From a virus (Duplodnaviria; Caudoviricetes): a stretch of DNA of 56,304 nt. Each line of letters begins with the position of its first letter. Position 1 is the first letter of the stretch. A program made the position numbers and the translations under genes. This document shows positions 28,691-39,827 of the stretch, piece after piece. The notes beneath the pieces were generated by a model, which saw only the letters and a program-made list of their open reading frames with translations, was not told where the DNA came from and made no database searches. Where the stretch lies: positions 1 to 56,304 of IMG/VR virus record IMGVR_UViG_3300044815_000143; one strand, 5' to 3'.

Positions 28691-28740
28691 TTTCGTTGAC
28701 CAGAATTTAAACACAACTATCCTGCGAATAGGAGCCGACT

Positions 28741-29388
28741 ATGATCCAAATCCATAAAAAATCCGCGTTGATCGTTGTTGATCCGCAAATCGATTTCTGC
28801 CCCGATGGCGCGCTCGCCGTCGCCGGTGGTGACGAAATCATGCAGACCGTGAACGAACTGTCGTTTCATTTTCGCGGTGAGGGTGGCGTGATCGTCACCA
28901 CGCAGGACTGGCACCCGGCCGGACACAAATCGTTCGCCAGCGCACACGGCGTGGCGCCGTTCAGCATCGTTCAACTGTCATACGGTGATCAGGTTGCATG
29001 GCCGGACCACTGCCTGCAAGGCACGGAAGGCGCAGAATTCCACCCGGACGTGGAAGTCACCGTCCTGCGATCCCACGCGATTATCCGCAAGGGCATGAAC
29101 CGCGAACTCGACAGTTACTCGGCCCACTACGAGAACGATCAGATCACCCCGACCGGCCTGACCGGATACCTGCGCTCGCGTGGGGTCGAGGACGTGTACT
29201 ATTGTGGTCTGGCCCGCGATTTCTGCGTCGGGTTCTCGGCCCTCGACGGCGTGAAGGATGGCTTCAACACCCTTCTGATCGACGACGCGACGCGCTTCAT
29301 CGCTGACAAGTCCAATAACGATATGACCGAGAAACTGATCGCCGCTGGCGTGAAGTTCGTCGCCGCCACCGACATCACCAGCCTCTAA
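28741..29388 (+). CDS. pncA: Nicotinamidase
   Basis: VVDPQIDFCPDGALAV, QDWHP, WPDHC, RKG, DSYSA, GLARDFCV. Confidence 0.93.
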   Translation: MIQIHKKSALIVVDPQIDFCPDGALAVAGGDEIMQTVNELSFHFRGEGGVIVTTQDWHPAGHKSFASAHGVAPFSIVQLSYGDQVAWPDHCLQGTEGAEFHPDVEVTVLRSHAIIRKGMNRELDSYSAHYENDQITPTGLTGYLRSRGVEDVYYCGLARDFCVGFSALDGVKDGFNTLLIDDATRFIADKSNNDMTEKLIAAGVKFVAATDITSL

Positions 29389-29403
29389 ACCGGAACGCGC
29401 TCA

Positions 29404-30498
29404 GTGTTTTATCCCAACGCTCTCTTCATCGACGGCAAGGTCGCCCCCATCGAAAAGGCCTTTGGCCGAACTGATGAGCAACCGAACGTGGTTTTTCTCA
29501 AGACCAACACCGTCGATGAAGAACGCCGTAACAGCATCGCCGCGTGGTTGACCAACAACCAAGACAGTGGGGATTGCGTCTGGATCGCCGGATCGCGTTG
29601 GGGAGAGAGGGGAACCCCGCCATTCCTCGTCATGAACGACGGCGCGGCCTGCTGGAGCCAATATGCCTTCGATAATGTCGAACTGGCGGAAGCGTTCTCA
29701 GTGGACTTCAGCGACATTCTCGTCACGACGCGTGACTATGACTACACGCGTTTCGATGAACCGAGCACCGACGTTTTTCTGGGAGGCTCGCTCTGGGAAC
29801 GCACGGACAAGAAAGGCGTAAAATCCCAGTACTATCGTGCTGAAGGCGATATGTGGTTCTCGGACAGCCCCTATTCGATCATCAAGGACCGCCTCGGTCT
29901 TGACATCGAGCCGGGTAAAGTTCGGAACCTGCTGTCGTGGGCGGGCGGACGGTCGCTTGGTATCTTTTACTACCTGAGCACGGTCGCGGATGGTCAAGGG
30001 GCGGAAATCACTAACGAGATCGCCAACTTCATCCTCGGCCCGCTGGCAGGAAGCATGAAAGAACGCGATATCGGATACGTCAAGCGCAGCACAGTGCTCC
30101 ATGAAACGGCTCTGATCGAATTGGGGCGGGCCATGGCTCTGAACCTCGTCCCGTCCTCGGCGCGCAAGGAACTCTATCCGCTCCTGATCAAGCGTTACAA
30201 CACCGAGTTCTTCGAGCTTTTGGCCGTGACCATGGGCACGGTCGAAGAGGCGGCGCGCCTCGCGTTCTACAACATCCTCGCCGAAGTTCTGGAGCCTATT
30301 TTCTCACAGGCCGGGGGAGACGAGATCAACGCCATGATCAAGGCGGTTCTCGACGCGAATCCGACACAGGCCGCGCTCGTCGCTGCCAAGGACCAGAAGG
30401 TCATCGGTTGGGCCATGGGCCAAGTCATGAACGCGGCCAAGCCCACCAAACTCGATCCTGCGACCGTCCGCGCGGCGATCCTCAAGTACCAAGGTTAA
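29404..30498 (+). CDS. Hypothetical protein with C-terminal GatB/YqeY-like domain
   Basis: C-terminus IKAVLDANP...KVIGWAMGQVMNAAK..LDPATVRAAI. Confidence 0.65.
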   Translation: MFYPNALFIDGKVAPIEKAFGRTDEQPNVVFLKTNTVDEERRNSIAAWLTNNQDSGDCVWIAGSRWGERGTPPFLVMNDGAACWSQYAFDNVELAEAFSVDFSDILVTTRDYDYTRFDEPSTDVFLGGSLWERTDKKGVKSQYYRAEGDMWFSDSPYSIIKDRLGLDIEPGKVRNLLSWAGGRSLGIFYYLSTVADGQGAEITNEIANFILGPLAGSMKERDIGYVKRSTVLHETALIELGRAMALNLVPSSARKELYPLLIKRYNTEFFELLAVTMGTVEEAARLAFYNILAEVLEPIFSQAGGDEINAMIKAVLDANPTQAALVAAKDQKVIGWAMGQVMNAAKPTKLDPATVRAAILKYQG

Positions 30499-30502
30499 GA
30501 GT

Positions 30503-32212
30503 ATGAAGATCAAGATCGCCGTTGTGCAAATGAACCCGGTTGTCGGCGATTTGGCCGGGAACCTCAAAAAGATCATGGCCGAGTACGTCAAGGCGGCGGG
30601 AGCGGGCGCGAACATCGTCATCACGCCTGAAATGTCCCTGACCGGCTACCCGCTGGAAGACTTGGTCTTGCGTCACAGCTTCATGGACGCTGTCAGCCAA
30701 TTCACCAGTGAACTGATCACCCGCGTGATGCAGTCGGGGGAAGAAGCCACTCTGATCTTCGGGGCGCCCGCCAAGAGCCTCGACGGCGTGGGAGTGACCA
30801 ACACCGCCTACCTGTTCGATCCTCTGGATTCCAAGTCCGTGCGCTGGGTCATGAAGACCGAACTGCCCAACTACGGCGTGTTCGATGAGAAACGCATCTT
30901 CAAGCCGTCCGCCTACGAGAACAGCGCCTTCATGTGGCGGGGCTACCGTCTGGGCCTGATGGTCTGCGAGGATGCGTGGTTCCCGAAGGTCACCCAGCAA
31001 CTGGTGGAGACCGGGGCGACCTTTCTGATCGCCATCAACGGCTCGCCGTTCGAGGTCGGCAAGAACGTCGTCCGTCGTCAAATCATCGCCAACCGGATCA
31101 AGGAATCCGGCCTGCCGTTCCTCTACGCCAACCTCGTTGGTGGGCAGGACGAACTGGTGTTCGACGGAGGATCGTTCTTCTACGACGGTAAGACGATGCA
31201 GGAGGCGCCACACTTCGTTGAGGGAACTTTCTTCTTCGATGCCGAACTCGGCCCGAACACCAAGAAAATCACCCTCGACAACTATCCGACCGTTCAGCCG
31301 ACTGGTATCGGAGAAATCTATCAGGCCTGCACGCTGGGCCTGAAGGATTACCTGCGTAAGCAACGGTTCGGGAGCGTGGCGCTGGGCTACAGCGGCGGCG
31401 TGGACTCCGGTATCGTGGCGGCCATGGCCTGTGACGCGCTGGGCGCTGATCTGGTTCACCTCGTGCGCCTTCCGTCCAAGTTCTCGTCGGACGGTTCGCT
31501 GACCGACGCGGCCGAAGGCGCCAAGCGGCTGGGCGCGCCGATGCGGACCATCGCCATCGAGCCCATCGTGGATGCCCTGCGTCTGGCCTACCGTGATGCC
31601 GAATACAGCTATCGGGAAAACGAATGCGAACACCTGACCGGTGTCGCCGACGAAAACATCCAAGCCCGCGCTCGCGGCAACATCCTGATGGCCATCTCGA
31701 ACCAAGAGGGCCACATGATCCTGACCACCGGCAATAAATCGGAAGTCAGTGTCGGCTACAGCACCCTCTATGGCGACATGAGCGGTGGTTTCAACCCGAT
31801 CAAGGACTGCTACAAGACCACGGTCTGGGAACTCTGCCGCTGGCGCAATGGTCTTACACCGGATCAGGTGAAAGACCACGGCTTCCTTGGCCATGGGGGC
31901 TACGACGTGGTCCCGGAAGAGATCATCGTCAAGCCGCCGAGCGCCGAGCTTCGGGCGGATCAGAAAGACAGCGACAGCCTGCCGGAATATCCGGTGCTGG
32001 ACGCGATCCTGAAGGCGATGATCGAAGACGAGATGAGCGTTCATACCATCGTCGAGGAACTGAAACTCCGGTTGGACATCGTGCAGAAAATCCGTCGCTT
32101 GGTGGACAATGCGGAGTATAAGCGTCGGCAAGCGGCGCCGGGCGTGAAGATCACCAGCAAGATTCACGGCAAGGATCGTCGCTACCCCATCGTCAACCAC
32201 TGGAGGGGATGA
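30503..32212 (+). CDS. nadE: Glutamine-dependent NAD+ synthetase
   Basis: Nitrilase domain (PEMSLTGYPLED, LPNYGVFDEKR, CED) + SGGVDS, ENIQAR, GNKSE, YGD, PPSAEL, EYKRRQA. Confidence 0.95.
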   Translation: MKIKIAVVQMNPVVGDLAGNLKKIMAEYVKAAGAGANIVITPEMSLTGYPLEDLVLRHSFMDAVSQFTSELITRVMQSGEEATLIFGAPAKSLDGVGVTNTAYLFDPLDSKSVRWVMKTELPNYGVFDEKRIFKPSAYENSAFMWRGYRLGLMVCEDAWFPKVTQQLVETGATFLIAINGSPFEVGKNVVRRQIIANRIKESGLPFLYANLVGGQDELVFDGGSFFYDGKTMQEAPHFVEGTFFFDAELGPNTKKITLDNYPTVQPTGIGEIYQACTLGLKDYLRKQRFGSVALGYSGGVDSGIVAAMACDALGADLVHLVRLPSKFSSDGSLTDAAEGAKRLGAPMRTIAIEPIVDALRLAYRDAEYSYRENECEHLTGVADENIQARARGNILMAISNQEGHMILTTGNKSEVSVGYSTLYGDMSGGFNPIKDCYKTTVWELCRWRNGLTPDQVKDHGFLGHGGYDVVPEEIIVKPPSAELRADQKDSDSLPEYPVLDAILKAMIEDEMSVHTIVEELKLRLDIVQKIRRLVDNAEYKRRQAAPGVKITSKIHGKDRRYPIVNHWRG

Positions 32213-32739
32213 CAGCGATGCTATTCACCAACGACCCTTCCAAAATCCCCGACACGCTCGGGGCCTTCAACAAGGAAACCGACATGATCCGGGATCGTCT
32301 GAACAGAGCCGCCGAAGCCGTCAGTGGCGTGGCCAACCGTGCAGCCGCCAAGGTCGGCGAGATCGCCACCTCGGCCGCTGAAGTCGCCGGTGACTTCTCC
32401 GAGGCGGCTCACAAGGAGGTCAAAGCCCTGAAAGACTTGGCCAAGTCGGATGACACCATCTGGCTGGTTCTCGACGGTTTCGGCAAGCCGATGGCCGCAT
32501 CGTCTTCGGCGAGCAAGGCCGAAGTTCTGGTCGGTAGGGCCAACACCGTTCTCCAGAAATTCTTCGACCTTCCGAAAGAAGAAAAGTCGGCGGCTCTCGA
32601 CACCGTCGCCACCGATTTGCTGGCGATTTTCCCACATGTGAAAGATGGTACGGCGCTGGTGAACAACACGCTGAAATCCTTCATCATCAGCGATGGCGAG
32701 CCGCCGTTCACGACCGAAAAACTCGAAATAGACGTGTAA
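32209..32739 (+). CDS. Hypothetical protein
   Basis: ATGA coupling to nadE. Confidence 0.7.
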   Translation: MTAMLFTNDPSKIPDTLGAFNKETDMIRDRLNRAAEAVSGVANRAAAKVGEIATSAAEVAGDFSEAAHKEVKALKDLAKSDDTIWLVLDGFGKPMAASSSASKAEVLVGRANTVLQKFFDLPKEEKSAALDTVATDLLAIFPHVKDGTALVNNTLKSFIISDGEPPFTTEKLEIDV

Positions 32740-32741
32740 TT

Positions 32742-32756
32742 CTGGTTGACCAAATT
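32742..32756 (+). promoter_or_regulatory. Extended -35 motif CTGGTTGACCAA(A/T)TT (also 33485 +, 40672-40687 -, partial 28695 +)
   Basis: Near-identical 15-mer at intergenic positions upstream of early-type genes. Confidence 0.6.
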
Positions 32757-32804
32757 CCGGATAAGGGTGATGGTGAACTTATTAACCATGCTTCCGGGGA
32801 CATT

Positions 32805-33476
32805 ATGTTCGGCATCACCCTTCTGGAATTTGGCACGCTCTGGTTCTGGAGCGCCGCATTCCTCCCATTTTTCATCCTGATCGCGCTCGTCGAGAACGAG
32901 AAATCGGGCTGGGCGGCGTTCACCACGGCCGCGACCATCGCGGCTCTCATTTCCTTCGGCAACATGGGCTGGTTGTCGTGGATCGCCAAGCACCCTCTGC
33001 TGCTGGTTGCCTACATCATCGGCTACCTCGTTGTGGGTATCGGCTGGGGTGTCGCCAAGTGGGGCTTCTACGCCGCCCACATGCTGGCCGACTATGAAGC
33101 ATTCCGTCGCAAGTGGATCGAGAAAAACGGTCTGATCCGTGACGAGGCCCTGCCGAAAGAGCAACTGCAATACGGCAAGGGTACCCAAGACACGCACGGT
33201 TCCAAGACGTGGCGAGACCGTTTCATCTCCGAAGCCAGTCAAGCCCGAGTCGGCGCGCCGAACCTCGCCGCCAACAGCACCCGGATCATCTTCTGGATGT
33301 CGTACTGGCCCGCCTCGGCCGTCTGGACCCTGTTGCACGATCCGATCACGCACCTCTATCGCTTGATCTACGCTCGCATGATCAACGTCTTCAACGGCAT
33401 CACCACGATGATGTTCGGCAAGTACAACAGCGATTTCGTCGCTGCCGAAGTCAAGGCTCCCGAAACCGGCGCGTAA
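32805..33476 (+). CDS. Membrane protein
   Basis: Several hydrophobic helices; own TTGACC promoter. Confidence 0.75.
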   Translation: MFGITLLEFGTLWFWSAAFLPFFILIALVENEKSGWAAFTTAATIAALISFGNMGWLSWIAKHPLLLVAYIIGYLVVGIGWGVAKWGFYAAHMLADYEAFRRKWIEKNGLIRDEALPKEQLQYGKGTQDTHGSKTWRDRFISEASQARVGAPNLAANSTRIIFWMSYWPASAVWTLLHDPITHLYRLIYARMINVFNGITTMMFGKYNSDFVAAEVKAPETGA

Positions 33477-33544
33477 GTTTCGATCTGGTTGACCAATTTA
33501 AGAGGCCGGGCTAATGTCCGGCCTCTTTCGTATGTGGAGTCACC

Positions 33545-35176
<1,632 letters not shown>

Positions 35177-35181
35177 AAATC

Positions 35182-35211
35182 GAGCCCTCGGTGCAAACCG
35201 GGGGCTCTTTT
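35182..35211 (+). terminator. Intrinsic terminator
   Basis: GAGCCCTCGGT-GCAA-ACCGGGGGCTC-TTTT. Confidence 0.8.
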
Positions 35212-35323
35212 GTATCTAAGATATTGTTTTTGTGAAGTAAAAACTATACCTCTTTCTATGCTTGACATCTACCTGAATTCTGTCAGTATGTCGTTCTAGT
35301 TCAACATTCTCTGGGAGATTTTC

Positions 35324-35449
35324 ATGTTCACCGTGACCCGTGGCAACCGCACCCTCGGCAAGATTCTCGGCTACGCCAGCGACATGGCCCGCACCAAGGC
35401 CGCCGCCGTCGCCAAGTTCGGCGCCGGTGTCGCCGTTCGCCGGGGCTAA
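35324..35449 (+). CDS. Small hypothetical protein (41 aa)
   Basis: TTGACA promoter, GGGAG RBS, MFTVTRGNRTLGKILGY... Confidence 0.55.
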   Translation: MFTVTRGNRTLGKILGYASDMARTKAAAVAKFGAGVAVRRG

Positions 35450-35459
35450 AGAGCCCCAG

Positions 35460-35783
35460 ATGCGGACCAACCGCTCTCGTTTCCGTCACGACTCCAATCC
35501 GGCCATCTTCATGTCGGAAGGGAACATCGGGGCGCACGCCGTGCTCATGGAGATCATGGGCAACGATCCGGGCATGGGCTTCATGACCGTCCTGAACCTC
35601 GACGACATGAACATGCGTGGCGAGCAAATCTGGGAGGCGCGAAAGCTCTTCGAGACCCCGGAGGCCTTCGTGGAGGCCGTCAAAAAGCGAGACCCGGCCA
35701 TGGTGGAGCATGTCAACAAGACCTGCACCGACATCGGCGGGGAACTCGCGGTCACCAGCGGCGCTTCCTACAAGCACCGCTAA
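35460..35783 (+). CDS. Hypothetical protein
   Basis: MRTNRSRF...MSEGNIGA...LDDMNMRGEQIW. Confidence 0.65.
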   Translation: MRTNRSRFRHDSNPAIFMSEGNIGAHAVLMEIMGNDPGMGFMTVLNLDDMNMRGEQIWEARKLFETPEAFVEAVKKRDPAMVEHVNKTCTDIGGELAVTSGASYKHR

Positions 35784-35812
35784 ACATCAACCCAGTTAGG
35801 GAGAAGGCCCGG

Positions 35813-36826
35813 TTAGTAGCCGGGCCTTTTTGCGTCCCATTCCCGCTTCACGCGGATGATCTGCTCGCCGATCCACCGAACGTCGAGCACGTTCAGGGAA
35901 TTTCCGATGACCTTGTAGCGCGCGGTGTCGGAAGCCGGACGGCCTTCGAACTCCACCAAAGTGTGATTATCAGTAATTCCCATAAGCCGTTCCGCTTCGA
36001 TAGGGGTCAGGCGACGAATGATCGGGAACACTCCGTCATCGACCAGCGCATGAGGCTTGTCGGAGCCACCAGTGGCCGCCAGAAGGCAGTTGGCTACTTG
36101 GTTGCCGACTTCGACCCTTTCGCCTTTTTCCCGGCCCCTGAACGCGACACTGAACGCGCGTTCTCCAGCGCTTGTTTCAAGAGCGGCTGCAAGGTCGCTC
36201 CTTGTTCCTCCGCTTGCCGGAGGAACTTGGCTGCGCGTGTAGGACTCAAATAGTACGTCTCTAGGGTCTGGTCCGTCTGAAGGACAGGCCACAAGGAAGA
36301 GCCTTTCCCGCTGTTGCGGAACGCCTGAGTATTCGGCGTTGAAGAGTCGCCATGCGATGTTGCGCTTTGGTCCAAGCACATAACCAGCGTGCGTCCACTT
36401 TTTCCCTGAAGGGACAAGCGGCTCATCTTCTCCGGCCAGCGCTGCGAGTAGGTGTCCGAAGGCGTTGTATTTGTCACTGAGGGCTCCCTTGACGTTTTCC
36501 CAGCATACGAATTGAGGATCGATTTCATCGGCGAGATCGACGAACGATAGCATCAGGGCGCCGCGCGGGTCCTTGAGGCCACGGCGCAGACCAGCCAGCG
36601 ATACCGACTGACATGGCGTTGAACCCCACAGGATATCGAGTTCACCTCTCCACGGCCGACCATCGATTTGCGTCAGGTCGCCGAGATTGGGAACATGCGC
36701 CCATCGTGTCGCGAGAATAGTGTTCGCGAACAAATCGACCTCAGAGAAGAACTTTGGAGTCATGCCAATAGGTTCCCACGCGAGTGAGACCGCATCAACA
36801 CCTGAGCAAGTGGTTCCGTATTTCAT
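35813..36826 (-). CDS. DNA (cytosine-5) methyltransferase
   Basis: CSG, GDL, GSTPCQ, ENVKG, QQRERLF, RRLTPIEAERLMG, IGNS. Confidence 0.9.
   Translation of the reverse strand: MKYGTTCSGVDAVSLAWEPIGMTPKFFSEVDLFANTILATRWAHVPNLGDLTQIDGRPWRGELDILWGSTPCQSVSLAGLRRGLKDPRGALMLSFVDLADEIDPQFVCWENVKGALSDKYNAFGHLLAALAGEDEPLVPSGKKWTHAGYVLGPKRNIAWRLFNAEYSGVPQQRERLFLVACPSDGPDPRDVLFESYTRSQVPPASGGTRSDLAAALETSAGERAFSVAFRGREKGERVEVGNQVANCLLAATGGSDKPHALVDDGVFPIIRRLTPIEAERLMGITDNHTLVEFEGRPASDTARYKVIGNSLNVLDVRWIGEQIIRVKREWDAKRPGY
36094..36528 (-). CDS. Nested alternative-frame ORF inside the methyltransferase (M.EcoHK31I beta-peptide-like)
   Basis: 144-codon same-strand open frame; SSLWPVLQT...YYLSP....FLRQAEEQG..L.PLLKQAL. 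Confidence 0.55.
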   Translation of the reverse strand: MKSILNSYAGKTSREPSVTNTTPSDTYSQRWPEKMSRLSLQGKSGRTLVMCLDQSATSHGDSSTPNTQAFRNSGKGSSLWPVLQTDQTLETYYLSPTRAAKFLRQAEEQGATLQPLLKQALENARSVSRSGAGKKAKGSKSATK

Positions 36827-36910
36827 TCCCCATAATACCAAATACGGAAATTCGAACGCAATAAACGCCTACCTTAAAAGCTAAATACAGGGCATTATGG
36901 AGGTTTGTTC

Positions 36911-37249
36911 ATGACTGATTTGACTGCTGAGATTATGGAAGCTGCGTTGGATTACGAGTTCTACGCGAACGACATCGACGATACGACCACGCTCCGGGAT
37001 TATCTTACCGATCTCTTGATTCAAGTGATTGTTGAGGAAGAGAGTTTCAATGGAAAGCGGCCGTTTGGCAACAGTGGATGGCTGTACAACTTCCCGCTTC
37101 CGCTGGTAGCCACTGGGGCTATCAAGGGGACGATCAACGAGATCGGTGATGGAGATGACATCGAGTACGACGTGACTGATTATAACGATGATGATATGCT
37201 GATGGCCCTTGGACAGATCATCGCTTACGCTTTTTCGAAGCCTGAATGA
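36911..37249 (+). CDS. Acidic hypothetical protein
   Basis: GGAGG RBS; TAAATA at 36882; EESFNGKRPFGNSGW. Confidence 0.75.
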   Translation: MTDLTAEIMEAALDYEFYANDIDDTTTLRDYLTDLLIQVIVEEESFNGKRPFGNSGWLYNFPLPLVATGAIKGTINEIGDGDDIEYDVTDYNDDDMLMALGQIIAYAFSKPE

Positions 37250-37253
37250 GTCT

Positions 37254-37284
37254 AAGAAATACTGCGCTGCGCGCAGTATTTCTT
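37254..37284. terminator. 14-bp inverted repeat, probable terminator
   Basis: AAGAAATACTGCGC-TGC-GCGCAGTATTTCTT. Confidence 0.6.
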
Positions 37285-37373
37285 CTAAATGACCTCATTT
37301 TGTGGTTGACTTGGGCAGCGAACTCGCTATTATGTTCGTCATCGCACAGCAATCACGGAAGGCCAGTTCAGCT

Positions 37374-38747
37374 ATGACCGACGCGACTTGGGAACTCGAC
37401 ACCGCCACTACCGTCTTCAACATCCCGGCTCCGAACATGAAGAAGTTCAATGCCCAGATCGAGAAACTGTCGCGCAAGGTCGAGAAGCTGACCGGCGAGA
37501 AGATCGCCCCGGTCCCGTTCAGCTACGAGACCCGCAAGCTCGCTGACGGCGAGATGTACAAGGTCTATCAAGTCCTGCTGACCGCCCCTGTCGCCAAGCT
37601 GGAAGGCTGGAGCTTCTTGGCTCGCCTCGACCACTCGCAGGAAACCGGCACGATCATCCGTATGGTCCCGAACACCGGCGCCGAACTCTCGCAGTTCCGC
37701 GACGCTTCGGCCCGTACCTGCGACCATTGCGGCATCAACCGCTATCGCCGCGACACCTTCATCGTTCGCCACGAAATCTCGGGCGAGATCAAGCAAGTCG
37801 GCTCGACCTGCCTGAAGGATTTCTTCGGCCACGACCCGGCCAAGATCGCCAAGCTGGCCGAACTGCTGGGCTACGCCGCCGAACTGAGCCGTGCGTCGGA
37901 AGACTTCGAGCCGGGTCAAGCTCACTTCAACGACTACCGCTACTACGACGTGGTCGATTTCTGCGCCCGCTCGGCCGCCGCCGTTCGTCGTTTCGGATGG
38001 GTCTCGGCCAAGGTCGCCAAGGAAGACGACACCAAGACCGCCACCAAGTCGATGGCGTGGTCCATGATCGGCGACGATGTCACCGAAGACGACCACGCCA
38101 TGGCCGAAGAAGCTCTGGAGTGGGCGCGCGGCCTGCGCGCCAAGGGCGACAACATGAGCGACTACGAGCACAGCATCAGCGTGATCGCCGAAGCCGTCGT
38201 CATGGAAGGCCGCCACGCCGGTCTGGCCGCCAGCATCGTCGGTGTTCACCACATGAACAAGCTGCGCGCCGCGCCGCAAGTCCAGTCGGCCGACATCGGC
38301 GATTTCTCGGGCGTGATCAACCTGTTCGCCGTGGCCGCTCAGAATCTGAAGTACCCGAAGATTCGTCTGGTGACCCCGGAAGGCCAACATCTGGTTCTCT
38401 CGGTCGCTGGCCCGCAAGCCTCGCAACCCGGCACGGTCAACGTGACGGATGGCGGCAAGCATTTCGACACCCGCAAGTGGTTCGGCCGCGTGAGCCCGGC
38501 CGGGCGCTGGGAGCCGTCCAAGAAGTTCGGCGCCGAAACCGCCGCTTCGGTTGGCGCCATGATGGCCGCGCTGGCTCTGGACCCCGACAAGGTGGCCTCG
38601 GACTACGGGCGCCTGACCGGCCAGTGCTGCTACTGCTCGAAGGGTCTGGACGACTCGCGTTCGGTGGAAGTCGGCTACGGCCCGGTCTGCGCCAAGAACT
38701 TTGGTCGGCCTTGGGGCAAGGCGAAGAAGGTGGCCACGGTCGCCTAA
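37374..38747 (+). CDS. Zinc-finger protein with C-terminal DUF6011-like motif
   Basis: CDHC...VGSTC and CCYC.KGLDDSRSVEVGYGPVCA; strongly biased codons; own promoter and terminator. Confidence 0.75.
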   Translation: MTDATWELDTATTVFNIPAPNMKKFNAQIEKLSRKVEKLTGEKIAPVPFSYETRKLADGEMYKVYQVLLTAPVAKLEGWSFLARLDHSQETGTIIRMVPNTGAELSQFRDASARTCDHCGINRYRRDTFIVRHEISGEIKQVGSTCLKDFFGHDPAKIAKLAELLGYAAELSRASEDFEPGQAHFNDYRYYDVVDFCARSAAAVRRFGWVSAKVAKEDDTKTATKSMAWSMIGDDVTEDDHAMAEEALEWARGLRAKGDNMSDYEHSISVIAEAVVMEGRHAGLAASIVGVHHMNKLRAAPQVQSADIGDFSGVINLFAVAAQNLKYPKIRLVTPEGQHLVLSVAGPQASQPGTVNVTDGGKHFDTRKWFGRVSPAGRWEPSKKFGAETAASVGAMMAALALDPDKVASDYGRLTGQCCYCSKGLDDSRSVEVGYGPVCAKNFGRPWGKAKKVATVA

Positions 38748-38760
38748 AGCATGTAATGTG

Positions 38761-38787
38761 GAGCCCGGCCCCCGGCCGGGCTCTTTT
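38761..38787 (+). terminator. Intrinsic terminator
   Basis: GAGCCCGGCC-CCC-GGCCGGGCTC-TTTT. Confidence 0.85.
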
Positions 38788-38803
38788 CGCTCAGGGAAGC
38801 TCT

Positions 38804-39172
38804 GTGAAGCCTTTTTCCTTCCAAACGCTCTACGACCTATGCCAGTGGGTTTGGGTGCAGTCAGGCCTGCCCCAGACCGGCGCTATGGAGGCTTCCATGG
38901 CAGGCGTGCCCCTGAGGGTCAACGTGACCGACACCGAGGTCATCATGTCCGGTACGGACTGGGCCATGCACCTGAACGTCTCGGATGACATGGCGAACAT
39001 CAGCCGCCACTACCAAGCCGCCAACGACGACAGCATCACCGCTACCGTGTGTGGCCGGATGGTGAACATCGATCATCGGATGCAATTCCACGGATCGCTC
39101 GATGCTTACGAATGCGACCTCGTGATGTTCATGCTGCACGAACATGAATGGCGCGGACGCTGGTCAGCCTGA
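38804..39172 (+). CDS. Hypothetical protein
   Basis: GTG start after AGGGA; real 3' part of shadow ORF 37727-39172. Confidence 0.6.
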   Translation: MKPFSFQTLYDLCQWVWVQSGLPQTGAMEASMAGVPLRVNVTDTEVIMSGTDWAMHLNVSDDMANISRHYQAANDDSITATVCGRMVNIDHRMQFHGSLDAYECDLVMFMLHEHEWRGRWSA

Positions 39173-39544
39173 GGCCATCACCTGAAAGGACTCGCGAAAG
39201 GGTTCTTCCCACTCGCTGTGCATGACCTTAAGCAGGACCATGTCCCGCACGAAATCCGTCTGATTCTCGACCCCACGTTCCGAGATGACGTGCGGAGCCC
39301 CCATGAACATATGGGTCTTGACGTTGTCATCGTCCGGGATCGAGGCGTTGAACCCCGCCTGCCAGCTTGGGCCGATGAGCATGTAACGGTCGTGCCCGGA
39401 GTTGTGAAGCAAGACCAATTTCAGCGATACCATGTCACCAAGGACGATTGGCTCGCCCTTGGTAGATCGCGCCCAAATGGCCTCGCACACCCGGAATACG
39501 AACGACCCCGGTATTCCGCTGAATGAAGCTGTACCGTCCGCCAT
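39164..39544 (-). CDS. Hypothetical protein
   Basis: ORF track. Confidence 0.65.
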   Translation of the reverse strand: MADGTASFSGIPGSFVFRVCEAIWARSTKGEPIVLGDMVSLKLVLLHNSGHDRYMLIGPSWQAGFNASIPDDDNVKTHMFMGAPHVISERGVENQTDFVRDMVLLKVMHSEWEEPFRESFQVMASG

Positions 39545-39578
39545 GACGTAAACCCTGCACCTTAATGGCGATTGAACG

Positions 39579-39821
39579 TCAGTTTCCGGTGATCGTTCCC
39601 AACTCAGGGTACTTTTCTACAAGTTCAGAAAGTTCCGCAATGAATTTATCACGATTCGCAGCGATTGCATCCAAATAATCTATGCGAGCAGGATCGTCTT
39701 CGCCGAAAGGTTCGAAGGTTTCGGGGTTGAACATAGTTCTCGAAGGGTCGCTCAACGCGAGTTCAAGAGCATCGATTCTAGCTCGCAAACGATTGGCCGT
39801 AATGAACGCTTGTTCGATCAC
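39579..39821 (-). CDS. Hypothetical protein
   Basis: ORF track, in a run of minus-strand genes. Confidence 0.6.
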   Translation of the reverse strand: MIEQAFITANRLRARIDALELALSDPSRTMFNPETFEPFGEDDPARIDYLDAIAANRDKFIAELSELVEKYPELGTITGN

Positions 39822-39827
39822 GGATGG

